Shown piece after piece: positions 15,401-31,950 of a stretch of 64,000 nucleotides of DNA; within the stretch, counting starts at the first letter, position 1, and every line of letters begins with the position of its first letter. Source of the DNA: Eledone cirrhosa (Eukaryota). The position numbers were made by a program, and so were the translations under genes. A model generated the notes under the pieces. That model was not told the DNA's origin, did no database searches, and was given only the letters and a program-made list of their open reading frames with translations. The stretch is from assembly GCA_964016885.1 (NCBI GenBank), contig OZ024745.1:6324001-6388000 (forward strand). The letters run 5' to 3'.

Positions 15401-18400
15401 ACTGTAAGATATAGTATTATAATACTGTCAGATATTGTATTATATCACTGTCAGATATAGTATTATAATACTGCCAGATATAGTATTATATTACTGTCAG
15501 ATATAGTATTATAATACTGTCTGACAGAGTATTATAATACTGTCTGACAGTATTATATTTCTGTCAGATATAGTATTATATTACTGTCAGATATTGTATT
15601 ATATTACTGTCAGATATAGTATTATAATACTTCTCAGATATAGTATTATAATACTGTCTGACAGTATTATAATACTGTCAGATGTAGTATTATAATATTG
15701 TCAGATATAGTGTTATAATACTGTCAGATATAGTATTATAATACTGTCAGATATAGTATCATATTACCGTTAGATATAGTATTATAATACTGTCAGATAT
15801 AGTATTATGTTAATGTCAGATATAGTATTATAAACTGTCAGATATAGTATTATAATACTGTCAGTTATAGTATTATAACACTGTCAGATATAGTATTATA
15901 TTACTGTCAGATATAGTATTATAATACTGTCAGATATAGTATTATATTGCTGTCAGATATAGTATTATATTACTGTCAGATATAGTATTATAATATTGTC
16001 AGATATTGTATTATATCATTGTCAGATATAGTATTATAATACTGTCAGTTATAGTATTATATTACTGTCAGATATAGTATTATAATACTGTCAGATATTG
16101 TATTATATTACTGTCAGATATAGTATTATAATACTGTCTGACAGTATTATATTACTCTCAGATATAGTATTATATTACTGTCAGATATAGTATTATATTA
16201 CTGTCAGATATAGTATTATAATACTGTCAGATATAGTATTATATTACTGTTATTTATAGTATTATAATACTGTCAGATATAGTTTTATAATACTGTCAGA
16301 TATAGTATTATATTACTGTCAGATATAGTGTTATAATACTGTATGATAGAGTATTATAATATTGTCAGATATTGTATTATATTACTGTCAGATATAGTAT
16401 TATAATACTTCTCAGATATAGTATTATATTACTGTTAGATATAGTATTATAATACTGTCAGATATTGTATTATATTACTGTCAGATATAGTATTATAATA
16501 CTTCTCAGATATAGTATTATATAACTGTCAGATATAGTATTATAATACTGTCTGACAGTATTATATTATTGTCAGATATAGTATTATATTACTGTCAGAT
16601 ATAGTATTATAATACTGTCAGATATAGTGTTATAATACTGTCAGATATAGTATTATAATACTGTCAGATATAGTATTATATTACTGTTAGATATAGTATT
16701 ATAATACTGTTAGATATAGTATTATAATACTGTCTGAGATAGTATTATATTACTCTCAGATATAGTATTATATTACTGTCAGATATAGTATTATATTACT
16801 GTCAGATATAGTATTATAATACTGTCAGATATAATATTATAATACTGTCAGATATAGAATTATAATACTGTCTGATATAGTATTATATTATTGTCAGATA
16901 TAGTATTATAATACTCTCAGATATAGTATTATATTACTGTTAGATATAGTATTATAATACTGTCTGATATAGTATTATAATACTGTCAGATATAGTATTA
17001 TAATACTGTCAGATAGAGTATTATTATACTGTCTGACAGTATTATATTCCTGTTAGATATAGTGTTATAATACTGTCAGATATAGTATTATAATACTGTC
17101 AGATATAGTATTATAACACTGTCAGATATAGTATTATATTACTGTAAGATATAGTATTATAATACTTTCAGATATAGTATTATATTACTGTCAGATATAG
17201 TATTATATTACTGTCAGATATAGTATTATATTACTGTCAGATATAATATTATAATACTGTCAGATATAGAATTATAATACTGTCAGTTATAGTATTATAT
17301 TACTGTAAGATATAGTATTATAATACTGTCAGATATTGTATTATATCACTGTCAGATATAGTATTATAATACTGCCAGATATAGTATTATATTACTGTCA
17401 GATATAGTATTATAATACTGTCTGATAGAGTATTATAATACTGTCTGACAGTATTATATTTCTGTCAGATATAGTATTATATTACTGTCAGATATTGTAT
17501 TATATTATTGTCAGATATAGTATTATAATACTTCTCAGATATAGTATTATAATACTGTCAGTTATAGTATTATATTACTGTCAGATATAGTATTATAATA
17601 CTGTCAGATGTAGTATTATAATATTGTCAGATATAGTGTTATAATACTGTCAGATATAGTATTATAATACTGTCAGATATAGTATCATATTACCGTTAGA
17701 TATAGTATTATAATACTGTCAGATATAGTATTATAACACTGTCAGATATAGTATTATAATACTGTCAAATATAGTATTATAATACTGACAGATATATTAT
17801 TATAATACTGTCAGATATAGTATTATATTACTGTCAGATATAGTATTATAATACTGTCAGATATAGTATTATATTACTGTCAGTTATAGTATTATAACAC
17901 TGTCAGATATAGTATTATATTACTGTCAGATATAGTATTATAATACTGTCAGATATAGTATTATATTGCTGTCAGATATAGTATTATATTACTGTCAGAT
18001 ATAGTATTATAAAATTGTCAGATATTGTATTATATCATTGTCAGATATAGTATTATAATACTGTCAGTTATAGTATTATATTACTGTCAGATATAGTATT
18101 ATAATACTGTCAGATATTGTATTATATTACTGTCAGATATAGTATTATAATACTGTCTGACAGTATTATATTACTCTCAGATATAGTATTATATTACTGT
18201 CAGATATAGTATTATAATACAGTCAGATATAGTGTTATAATACTGTCAGATATAGTATTATAATACTGTCAGATATAGTATTATAATACTCTCAGTTATA
18301 GTATTATATTACTTTCAGATATAGTATTATATTACTGTCAGATATAGTATTATATTACTGTCAGATATAGTATTATATTACTGTCAGATATAGTATTATA

Positions 18401-18739
18401 ATACTGTCTGATATTGTATTATATCACTGTCAGATATAGTATTATAATACTGTCAGTTATAGTATTATAACACTGTCAGATATAGTATTATAATACTGTC
18501 AGATATAGTATTATAATACTGTAAGATATAGTATTATATTACTGTCAGATATAGTATTATAATACTGTCAGATATGTTATTATAATACTGTAAGATATAG
18601 TATTATATTACTGTCAGATATAGTATTATAATACTGTCAGATATAGTATTATATTACTGTCAGATATAGTATTATAATACTGTCTGACAGTATTATATTA
18701 CTCTCAGATATAGTATTATATTACTGTCAGATATAGTAT

Positions 18740-21700
18740 TATAATACTGTCAGATATAGTGTTATAATACTGTCAGATATAGTATTATAATACTGTCAGA
18801 TATAGTATTATATTACTGCTAGATATAGTATTATAATACTGGCAGATATAGTATTATAATACTGTCTGAGATAGTATTATATTACTGTCAGATATAGTAT
18901 TATATTACTGTCAGATATAGTATTATATTACTGTCAGATATGGTATTTTAATACTGTCAGATATAATATTATAATACTGTCAGATATAGAATTATAATAC
19001 TGCCTGATATAGTATTATATTATTGTCAGATATAGTATTATAATACTGTCAGATAGAGTATTACAATACTGTCTGACAGTATTATATTCCTGTCAGATAT
19101 AGTATTATAATACTCTCAGATATAGTATTATATTACTGTTGGATATAGTATTATAATACTGTCTGATATAGTATTATAATACTGTCAGATATAGTATTAT
19201 ATTACTGTTAGATATAGTATTATATTTCTGTCTGATATCGTATTATAATACTGTCAGTTATAGTATTATAACACTGTCAGATATAGTATTATAATACTGT
19301 CAGATATAGTATTATAATACTGTCAGATATATTATTATAATACTGTGAGATATAGTATTATATTACTGTCAGATATAGTATTATAATACTGTCAGATATA
19401 GTATTATATTACTGTCAGATATAGTATTATATTACTGTCTGATATAGTATTATAATACTGTCTGATATTGTATTATATCACTGTCAGATATTGTATTATA
19501 GTACTGTCAGATATAGTATTATAATAGTTCTGATACTGAATTATATCACTGTCAGATATAGTATTATAATACTGTCAGATATAGTATTATATTACTGTCA
19601 GATATAGTATTATAATACCGTCAGATATATTATTATAATACTGTAAGATATAGTATTATATTACTGTCAGATATAGTATTATAATACTATCAGATATAAT
19701 ATTATAATACTGTCAGATATAGAATTATATTACTGTCAGATATAGTATTATATTATTGTCAGATATAGTATTATAATACTGTCAGATATAGTATTATATT
19801 ACTGTTAGATATAGTATTATAATACTGTCAGATATAATGTTATAATACTGTCAGATATATTATTATATTACTGTCAGATATAATATTATAATGCTATCAG
19901 ATATAGTATTATATTACTGTCAGATATAGTATTATATTACTGTCAGATATAGTATTATAATACTGTCAGATAGAGTATTATAATACTGTCTGACAGTATT
20001 ATATTCCTGTCAGATATAGTATTATATTACTGTTAGATATAGTGTTATAATACTGTCAGATATAGTATTATAATACTGTCAGATATAGTATTATAATACT
20101 GTCAGATATAGTAATGTATTATGTCAGATAGAGTATTATATTACTGTCAGATATAGTATTATATTACCGTCTGATATAGTATTATAATACTGTCAGATAT
20201 AGTATTATATTACTGTCAGATATAGTATTATATTACTGTCTGATACAGTATAATAATACCGTCAGATATAGTATTATATTACTGTCTGACAGTATTATAT
20301 TCCTGTCAGATATAGTATTATATTACTGTCAGATATAGTATTATAATACTGTCAGATATGGTATTATATTACTGTCAGATATAGTATTATAATACTTCTC
20401 AGATATAGTATTATATTACTGTCAGATATAGTATTATAATACTGTCTGACAGTATTATATTACTGTCAGATATAGTATTATATTACTGTCAGATATAGTA
20501 TTATAATACTGTCAGATATAGTATTATATTACTGTTAGATATAGTATTATAAAACTGTCAGATATATTATTATAATACTGTCTGAGATAGTATTATATTA
20601 CTGTCAGATATAGTATTATATTACTGTCAGATATAATATTATATTACTGTCTGATATAGTATTATAATACTGTATGATAGAGTATTATATTATTGTCAGA
20701 TATAGTATTATAATACTCTCAGATATAGTATTATATTACTGTTAGATATAGTATTATAATACTGTCTGATATAGTATTATAATACTGTCAGATATAGTAT
20801 TATATTACTGTTAGATATAGTATTATATTTCTGTCTGATATCGTATTATATTACTGTCAGATATAGTATTATAATACTGTCAGATATAGTATTATAATAC
20901 TGTCAGATATAGTATTATATTACTGTTAGATATAGTATTATAATACTGTCAGATATAGTGTTATAATACTGTCAGATATAGTATTATAATACTGTCAGAT
21001 ATAGTATTATATTACTGCTAGATATAGTATTATAATACTGGCAGATATAGTATTATAATACTGTCTGAGATAGTATTATATTACTGTCAGATATAGTATT
21101 ATATTACTGTCAGATATAGTATTATATTACTGTCAGATATAGTATTTTAATACTGTCAGATATAATATTATAATACTGTCAGATATAGAATTATAATACT
21201 GCCTGATATAGTATTATATTATTGTCAGATATAGTATTATAATACTGTCAGATAGAGTATTACAATACTGTCTGACAGTATTATATTCCTGTCAGATATA
21301 GTATTATAATACTCTCAGATATAGTATTATATTACTGTTGGATATAGTATTATAATACTGTCAGATATAGTATTATATTACTGTTAGATATAGTATTATA
21401 TTTCTGTCTGATATCGTATTATAATACTGTCAGTTATAGTATTATAACACTGTCAGATATAGTATTATAATACTGTCAGATATAGTATTATAATACTGTC
21501 AGATATATTATTATAATACTGTGAGATATAGTATTATATTACTGTCAGATATAGTATTATAATACTGTCAGATATAGTATTATATTACTGTCAGATATAG
21601 TATTATATTACTGTCTGATATAGTATTATAATACTGTCTGATATTGTATTATATCACTGTCAGATATTGTATTATAGTACTGTCAGATATAGTATTATAA

Positions 21701-22400
21701 TAGTTCTGATACTGTATTATATCACTGTCAGATATAGTATTATAATACTGTCAGATATAGTATTATATTACTGTCAGATATAGTATTATAATACCGTCAG
21801 ATATATTATTATAATACTGTAAGATATAGTATTATATTACTGTCAGATATAGTATTATAATACTATCAGATATAATATTATAATACTGTCAGATATAGAA
21901 TTATATTACTGTCAGATATAGTATTATATTATTGTCAGATATAGTATTATAATACTGTCAGATATAGTATTATATTACTGTTAGATATATTATTATATTA
22001 CTGTCAGATATAATATTATAATGCTATCAGATATAGTATAATATTACTGTCAGATATAGTATTATATTACTGTCAGATATAGTATTATAATACTGTCAGA
22101 TAGAGTATTATAATACTGTCTGACAGTATTATATTCCTGTCAGATATAGTATTATATTACTGTTAGATATAGTGTTATAATACTGTCAGATATAGTATTA
22201 TAATACTGTCAGATATAGTATTATAATACTGTCAGATATAGTAATGTATTATGTCAGATAGAGTATTATATTACTGTCAGATATAGTATTATATTACCGT
22301 CTGATATAGTATTATAATACTGTCAGATATAGTATTATATTACTGTCAGATATAGTATTATATTACTGTCTGATACAGTATAATAATACCGTCTGATATA
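18740..22400 (+). repeat. Higher-order duplication, offset about 2.13-2.20 kb
   Basis: GGCAGAT 18841/21040 (2199), TAGTTCTGAT 19525/21701 (2176), GTAATGTATT 20111/22241 (2130). Offsets differ by multiples of 23. Boundaries approximate. Confidence 0.82.
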
Positions 22401-23439
22401 GTATTATAATACTGTATGATAGAGTATTATATTATTGTCAGATATAGTATTATAATACTCTCAGATATAGTATTATATTACTGTTACATATAGTATTATA
22501 ATACTGTCTGATATAGTATTATAATACTGTCAGATATAGTATTATATTACTGTCAGATATAGTATTATAATACTGTCAGATATAGTATTATAATACTGTC
22601 AGATATAGTATTATAATACTGTCAGATATAGTATTATATTACTGTTAGATATAGTATTATATTACTGTCAGATATAGTATTATATTACTGTCAGATATAG
22701 TATTATAATACTGTCAGATATAGTATTATAATACTGTCAGATATAGTATTATAATACTGTCAGATATAGTATTATATTACTGTCAGATATAGTATAATAT
22801 TACTGTCAGATATAGTATTATAATACTGTCTTATAGAGTATTATAATACTGTCAGATATAGTATTATATTACTGTCAGATATAGTATTATAAACTGTCAG
22901 ATATAGTATTATAATACTGTCAGTTATAGTATTATAACACTGTCAGATATAGTATTATAATACTGTCAAATATAGTATTATAATACTGACAGATATATTA
23001 TTATAATACTGTCAGATATAGTATTATATTACTGTCAGATATAGTATTATAATACTGTCAGATATAGTATTATATTACTGTCAGATATAGTATTATATTA
23101 CTGTCAGATCTAGTATTATAATACTGTCTGATATTGTATCATATCCCTGTCAGATATAGTATTATAATACTGTCAGATATTGTATTATATCACTGTCAGA
23201 TATTGTATTATATCACTGTCAGATATAGTATTATATTACTATCAGATATAGTATTATAATACTCTCAGATATAATATTATAATACTGTCAGATATAGAAT
23301 TATATTACAGTCAGATATAGTATTATATTATTGTCAGATATAGTATTATAATACTGTCAGATATAATGTTATAATACTGTCAGATATATTATTATATTAC
23401 TGTCAGATATAGTATTATAATGCTATCAGATATAGTATT

Positions 23440-25570
23440 ATATTACTGTCTGATATAGTATTATAATACTGTCAGATATAGTATTATATTACTGTCAGAT
23501 ATAGTATTATATTACTGTCTGATACAGTATTATAATACCGTCAGATATAGTATTATATTACTGTCAGATATAGTATTATATTACTGTCTGATATAGTATT
23601 ATATTACTGTCAGATCTAGTGTTATAATACTGTCAGATATAGTATTATAATACTGTCTGACAGTATTATATTATTGTCAGATATAGTATTATATTACTGT
23701 CAGATATAGTGTTATAACACTGTATGATAGAGTATTATAATATTGTCAGATATTGTATTATATTTCTGTTAGATATAGTATTATAATACTTCTCAAATAT
23801 AGTATTATATTACTGTTAGATATAGTATTATAATACTGTCAGATATAATGTTATAATACTGTCAGATATATTATTATATTACTGTCAAATATAGTATTAT
23901 AATGCTATAAGATATAGTATTATATTACTGTCAGATATAGTATTATATTACTGTCAGATATAGTATTATAATACTGTCAGATAGAGTATTATAATACTGT
24001 CTGACAGTATTATATTCCTGTCAGATATAGTATTATATTATTGTTAGATATAGTGTTATAATACTGTCAGATATAGTATTATAATACTGTCAGATATAGT
24101 ATTATAATACTGTCAGATATAGTATTATACTACTGTCAGATATAGTATTATATTACTATCTGATACAGTATTATAATACCGTCAGATATAGTATTATATT
24201 ACTGTCAGATATAGTATTATATTACTGTCAGATCTAGTGTTATAATACTGTCAGATCTAGTATTATAATACTGTCTGACAGTATTATATTATTGTCAGAT
24301 ATAGTATTATTTTACTGTCAGATATAGTGTTATAATACTGTCAGATATAGTATTATATTACTGTCAGATATAGTGTTATAATACTGTATGATAGAGTATT
24401 ATAATATTGTCAGATATTGTATTATATTTCTGTCAGATATAGTATTATAATACTTCTCAGATATAGTATTATATTACTGTCTGATATAGTATTATAATAC
24501 TGTCAGATATAGTATTATATTACTGTCAGATATAGTATTATATTACTGTCTGATACAGTATTATAATACCGTCAGATATAGTATTATATTACTGTCAGAT
24601 ATAGTATTATATTACTGTCTGATATAGTATTATATTACTGTCAGATCTAGTGTTATAATACTGTCAGATATAGTATTATAATACTGTCTGACAGTATTAT
24701 ATTATTGTCAGATATAGTATTATATTACTGTCAGATATAGTGTTATAATACTGTCAGATATAGTATTATATTACTGTCAGATATAGTGTTATAACACTGT
24801 ATGATAGAGTATTATAATATTGTCAGATATTGTATTATATTTCTGTTAGATATAGTATTATAATACTTCTCAAATATAGTATTATATTACTGTTAGATAT
24901 AGTATTATAATACTGTCAGATATAATGTTATAATACTGTCAGATATATTATTATATTACTGTCAAATATAGTATTATAATGCTATAAGATATAGTATTAT
25001 ATTACTGTCAGATATAGTATTATATTACTGTCAGATATAGTATTATAATACTGTCAGATAGAGTATTATAATACTGTCTGACAGTATTATATTCCTGTCA
25101 GATATAGTATTATATTATTGTTAGATATAGTGTTATAATACTGTCAGATATAGTATTATAATACTGTCAGATATAGTATTATAATACTGTCAGATATAGT
25201 ATTATATTACTGTCAGATATAGTATTATATTACTATCTGATACAGTATTATAATACCGTCAGATATAGTATTATATTACTGTCAGATATAGTATTATATT
25301 ACTGTCAGATCTAGTGTTATAATACTGTCAGATCTAGTATTATAATACTGTCTGACAGTATTATATTATTGTCAGATATAGTATTATTTTACTGTCAGAT
25401 ATAGTGTTATAATACTGTCAGATATAGTATTATATTACTGTCAGATATAGTGTTATAATACTGTATGATAGAGTATTATAATATTGTCAGATATTGTATT
25501 ATATTTCTGTCAGATATAGTATTATAATACTTCTCAGATATAGTATTATATTACTGTCTGATATAGTATT
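23440..25570 (+). repeat. Tandem higher-order duplication, period about 1.03-1.08 kb
   Basis: TCTCAAAT 23791/24868, GCTATAAG 23904/24981 and TTTACTGTCA 24311/25388 are all +1077. The upstream part is offset by 1031. Boundaries approximate. Confidence 0.82.
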
Positions 25571-26149
25571 ATAATACTGTCTGATATTGTATCATATCCC
25601 TGTCAGATATAGTATTATAATACTGTCAGATATTGTATTATATAACTGTCAGATATTGTATTATATCACTGTCAGATATAGTATTATATTACTATCAGAT
25701 ATAGTATTATAATACTCTCAGATATAGTATTATATTACTGTTAGATATAGTATTATATTACTGTCAGATATAGTATTATATTACTGTCAGATATTGTATT
25801 ATATTACTGTCAGATATAGTATTATAATACTGTCAGATATAGTATTATAATACTGTCAGATATAGTATTATAATACTGTCAGATATAGTATTATATTACT
25901 GTCAGATATAGTATTATATTACTGTCAGATATATTATTATAATACTGTCTTATAGGGTATTATAATACTGTCAGATATAGTATTATATTACTGTCAGATA
26001 TAGTATTATAAACTGTCAGATATAGTATTATAATACTGTCAGTTATAGTATTATAACACTGTCAGATATAGTATTATAATACTGTCAGATATAGTATTAT
26101 AATACTGACAGATATATTATTATAATACTGTCAGATATAGTATTATATT

Positions 26150-29100
26150 ACTGTCAGATATAGTATTATATTACTGTCAGATCTAGTATTATAATACTGT
26201 CTGATATTGTATCATATCACTGTCAGATATAGTATAATAATACTGTCAGTTATAGTATTATATTACTGTCAGATATAGTATTATAATACTGTCATATATT
26301 GTATTATATCACTGTCAGATATAGTATTATAATACTGTCAGATATTGTATTATATCACTGTCAGATATTGTATTATATTACTGTCAGATATAGTATTATA
26401 ATATTTCTGATACTGTATTATATCACTGTCAGATATAGTATTATATTTCTGTCAGATATAGTATTATAATACTATCAGATATAATATTATAATACTGTCA
26501 GATATAGAATTATATTACTGTCAGATATAGTATTATATTATTGTCAGATATAGTATTATAATACTGTCAGATATAGTATTATATTACTGTTAGATATAGT
26601 ATTATAATACTGTCAGATATAATGTTATAATACTGTCAGATATATTATTATATTACTGTCAGATATAGTATTATAATGCTATCAGATATAGTATTATATT
26701 ACTGTCAGATATCGTATTATATTACTGTCAGATATAGTATTATGATACTGTCAGATAGAGTATTATAATACTGTCTGACAGTATTATATTGCTGTCAGAT
26801 ATAGTATTATATTACTGTTAGATATAGTGTTATAATACTGTCAGATATAGTATTATAATACTGTCAGATATAGTATTATAATACTGTCAGATATAGTAAT
26901 ATATTATGTCAGATATAGTATTATATTACTGTCAGATATAGTATTATATTACTGTCTGATATAGTATTATAATACTGTCAGATATAGTATTATATTACTG
27001 TCAGATATAGTATTATATTACTATCTGATACAGTATTATAATACTGTCAGATATAGTATTATATTACTGTCAGATATAGTATTATATTACTGTCTGATAT
27101 AGTATTATATTACTGTCAGATCTAGTGTTATAATACTGTCAGATATAGTATTATAATACTGCCTGACAGTATTATATTATTGTCAGATATAGTATTATAT
27201 TACTGTCAGATATAGTGTTATAATACTGTCAGATATAGTATTATATTACTGTCAGATATAGTGTTATAACACTGTATGATAGAGTATTATAATATTGTCA
27301 GATATTGTATTATATTTCTGTTAGATATAGTATTATAATACTTCTCAGATATAGCATTATATTACTGTTAGATATAGTATTATAATACTGTCAGATATAA
27401 TGTTATAATACTGTCAGATATATTATTATATTACTGTCAGATATAGTATTATAATGCTATCAGATATAGTATTATATTACTGTCAGATATATTATTATAT
27501 TACTGTCAGATATAGTATTATACTACTGTCAGATAGAGTATTATAATACTGTCTGACAGTATTATATTCCTGTCAGATATAGTATTATATTACTGTTAGA
27601 TATAGTGTTATAATACTGTCAGATATAGTATTATAATACTGTCAGATATAGTATTATAATACTGTCAGATATAGTAATATATTATGTCAGATATAGTATT
27701 ATATTACTGTCTGATACAGTATTATAATACCGTCAGATATAGTATTATATTACTGTCAGATATAGTATTATATCACTGTCTGATATAGTATTATATTACT
27801 GTCTGATACAGTATTATAATACCGTCAGATATAGTATTATATTACTGTCAGATATAGTATTATATCACTGTCTGATATAGTATTATATTACTGTCAGATC
27901 TAGTGTTATAATACTGTCAGATCTAGTATTATAATACTGTCTGACAGTATTATATTATTGTCAGATATAGTATTATATTACTGTCAGATATAGTGTTATA
28001 ATACTGTCAGATATAGTATTATATTACTGTCAGATATCGTGTTATAATACTGTATGATAGAGTATTATAATATTGTCAGATATTGTATTATATTTCTGTC
28101 AGATATAGTATTATAATACTTCTCAGATATAGTATTATATTACTGTTAGATATAGTATTATAATACTGTCAGATATTGTATTATAATACTGTCTGAGATA
28201 GTATTATATTACTGTCAGATATAGTATTATATTACTGTCAGATATAATATTATATTACTGTCTGATATAGTATTATAATACTGTATGATAGAGTATTATA
28301 TTATTGTCAGATATAGTATTATGATACTCTCAGATATAGTATTATATTACTGTTAGATATAGTATTATAATACTGTCTGATATAGTATTATAATACTGTC
28401 AGATATAGTATTATATTACTGTTAGATATAGTATTATATTTCTGTCTGATATCGTATTATATTACTGTCAGATATAGTATTATAATACTGTCAGATATAG
28501 TATTATATTACTGTCAGATATAGTATTATATTACTGTCAGATATAGTATTTTAATACTGTCAGATATAATATTATAATACTGTCAGATATAGAATTATAA
28601 TACTGTCTGATATAGTATTATATTATTGTCAGATATAGTATTATAATACTCTCAGATATAGTATTATATTACTGTTGGATATAGTATTATAATACTGTCT
28701 GATATAGTATTATAATACTGTCAGATATAGTATTATATTACTGTTAGATATAGTATTATATTTCTGTCTGATATCGTATTATATTACTGTCAGATATAGT
28801 ATTATAATACTGTCAGATATAGTATTATAATACTGTCAGATATAGTATTATATTACTGTCAGATATAGTATTATAAACTGTCAGATATAGTATTATAATA
28901 CTGTCAGTTATAGTATTATAACACTGTCAGATATAGAATTATAATACTGTCAGATATAGTATTATAATACTGACAGATATATTATTATATTACTGTTAGA
29001 TATAGTATTATATTTCTGTCTGATATCGTATTATATTACTGTCAGATATAGTATTATAATACTGTCAGATATAGTGTTATAATACTGTCAGATATAGTAT

Positions 29101-31950
29101 TATATTACTGTCAGATATAGTATTATAAACTGTCAGATATAGTATTATAATACTGTCAGTTATAGTATTATAACACTGTCAGATATAGAATTATAATACT
29201 GTCAGATATAGTATTATATTACTGTCAGATATAGTATTATATTACTGTCAGATCTAGTATTATAATACTGTCTGATATTGTATCATATCACTGTCAGATA
29301 TAGTATAATAATACTGTCAGTTATAGTATTATATTACTGTCAGATATAGTATTATAATACTGTCAGATATTGTATTATATCACTGTCAGATATAGTATTA
29401 TAATACTGTCAGATATTGTATTATATCACTGTCAGATATTGTATTATATTACTGTCAGATATAGTATTATAATATTTCTGATACTGTATTATATCACTGT
29501 CAGATATAGTATTATATTACTGTCAGATATAGTATTATAATACTATCAGATATAATATTATAATACTGTCAGATATAGAATTATATTACTGTCAGATATA
29601 GCATTATATTATTGTCAGATATAGTATTATAATACTGTCAGATATAGTATTATATTACTGTTAGATATAGTATTATAATACTGTCAGATATAATGTTATA
29701 ATACTGTCAGATATATTATTATATTACTGTCAGATATAGTATTATAATGCTATCAGATATAGTATTATATTACTGTCAGATATCGTATTATATTACTGTC
29801 AGATATAGTATTATGATACTGTCAGATAGAGTATTATAATACTGTCTGACAGTATTATATTGCTGTCAGATATAGTATTATATTACTGTTAGATATAGTG
29901 TTATAATACTGTCAGATATAGTATTATAATACTGTCAGATATAGTATTATAATACTGTCAGATATAGTAATATATTATGTCAGATATAGTATTATATTAC
30001 TGTCAGATATAGTATTATATTACTGTCTGATATAGTATTATAATACTGTCAGATATAGTATTATATTACTGTCAGATATAGTATTATATTACTGTCTGAT
30101 ACAGTATTATAATACTGTCAGATATAGTATTATATTACTGTCAGATATAGTATTATATTACTGTCTGATATAGTATTATATTACTGTCAGATCTAGTGTT
30201 ATAATACTGTCAGATATAGTATTATAATACTGCCTGACAGTATTATATTATTGTCAGATATAGTATTATATTACTGTCAGATATAGTGTTATAATACTGT
30301 CAGATATAGTATTATATTACTGTCAGATATAGTGTTATAACACTGTATGATAGAGTATTATAATATTGTCAGATATTGTATTATATTTCTGTTAGATATA
30401 GTATTATAATACTTCTCAGATATAGCATTACATTACTGTTAGATATAGTATTATAATACTGTCAGATATAATGTTATAATACTGTCAGATATATTATTAT
30501 ATTACTGTCAGATATAGTATTATAATGCTATCAGATATAGTATTATATTACTGTCAGATATATTATTATATTACTGTCAGATATAGTATTATACTACTGT
30601 CAGATAGAGTATTATAATACTGTCTGACAGTATTATATTGCTGTCAGATATAGTATTATATTACTGTTAGATATAGTGTTATTATACTGTCAGATATAGT
30701 ATTATAATACTGTCAGATATAGTATTATAATACTGTCAGATCTAGTAATATATTATGTCAGATATAGTATTATATTACTGTCAGATATAGTATTATATTA
30801 CTGTCTGATATAGTATTATAATACTGTCAGATATAATATTATATTACTGTCAGATATAGTATTATATTACTGTCAGATATAGTATTATATCACTGTCTGA
30901 TATAGTATTATATTACTGTCAGATCTAGTGTTATAATACTGTCAGATCTAGTATTATAATACTGTCTGACAGTATTATATTATTGTCAGATATAGTATTA
31001 TATTACTGTCAGATATAGTGTTATAATACTGTCAGATATAGTATTATATTACTGTCAGATATCGTGTTATAATACTGTATGATAGAGTATTATAATATCG
31101 TCAGATATTGTATTATATTTCTGTCAGATATAGTATTATAATACTTCTCAGATATAGTATTATATTACTGTTAGATATAGTATTATAATACTGTCAGATA
31201 TTGTATTATAATACTGTCTGAGATAGTATTATATTACGGTCAGATATAGTATTATATTACTGTCAGATATAATATTATATTACTGTCTGCTATAGTATTA
31301 TAATACTGTATGATAGAGTATTATATTATTGTCAGATATAGTATTATGATACTCTCAGATATAGTATTATATTACTGTTAGATATAGTATTATAATACTG
31401 TCTGATATAGTATTATAATACTGTCAGATATAGTATTATATTACTGTTAGATATAGTATTATATTTCTGTCTGATATCGTATTATATTACTGTCAGATAT
31501 AGTATTATAATACTGTCAGATATAGTATTATATTACTGTCAGATATAGTATTATATTACTGTCAGATATAGTATTTTAATACTGTCAGATATAATATTAT
31601 AATACTGTCAGATGTAGAATTATAATACTGTCTGATATAGTATTATATTATTGTCAGATATAGTATTATAATACTCTCAGATATAGTATTATATTACTGT
31701 TGGATATAGTATTATAATACAGTCTGATATAGTATTATAATACTGTCAGATATAGTATTATATTACTGTTAGATATAGTATTATATTTCTGTCTGATATC
31801 GTATTATATTACTGTCAGATATAGTATTATAATACTGTCAGATATAGTATTATAATACTGTCAGATATAGTATTATATTACTGTCAGATATAGTATTATA
31901 AACTGGCAGATATAGTATTATAATACTGTCAGTTATAGTATTATAACACT
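26150..31950 (+). repeat. Tandem higher-order duplication, period about 3.03-3.07 kb
   Basis: ATCGTATT 26711/29782, GCCTGACAG 27161/30232 and ATAGCATTA 27351/30422 are +3071. ATCGTGTT 28036/31061 and TTGGAT 28675/31700 are +3025. Boundaries approximate. Confidence 0.82.
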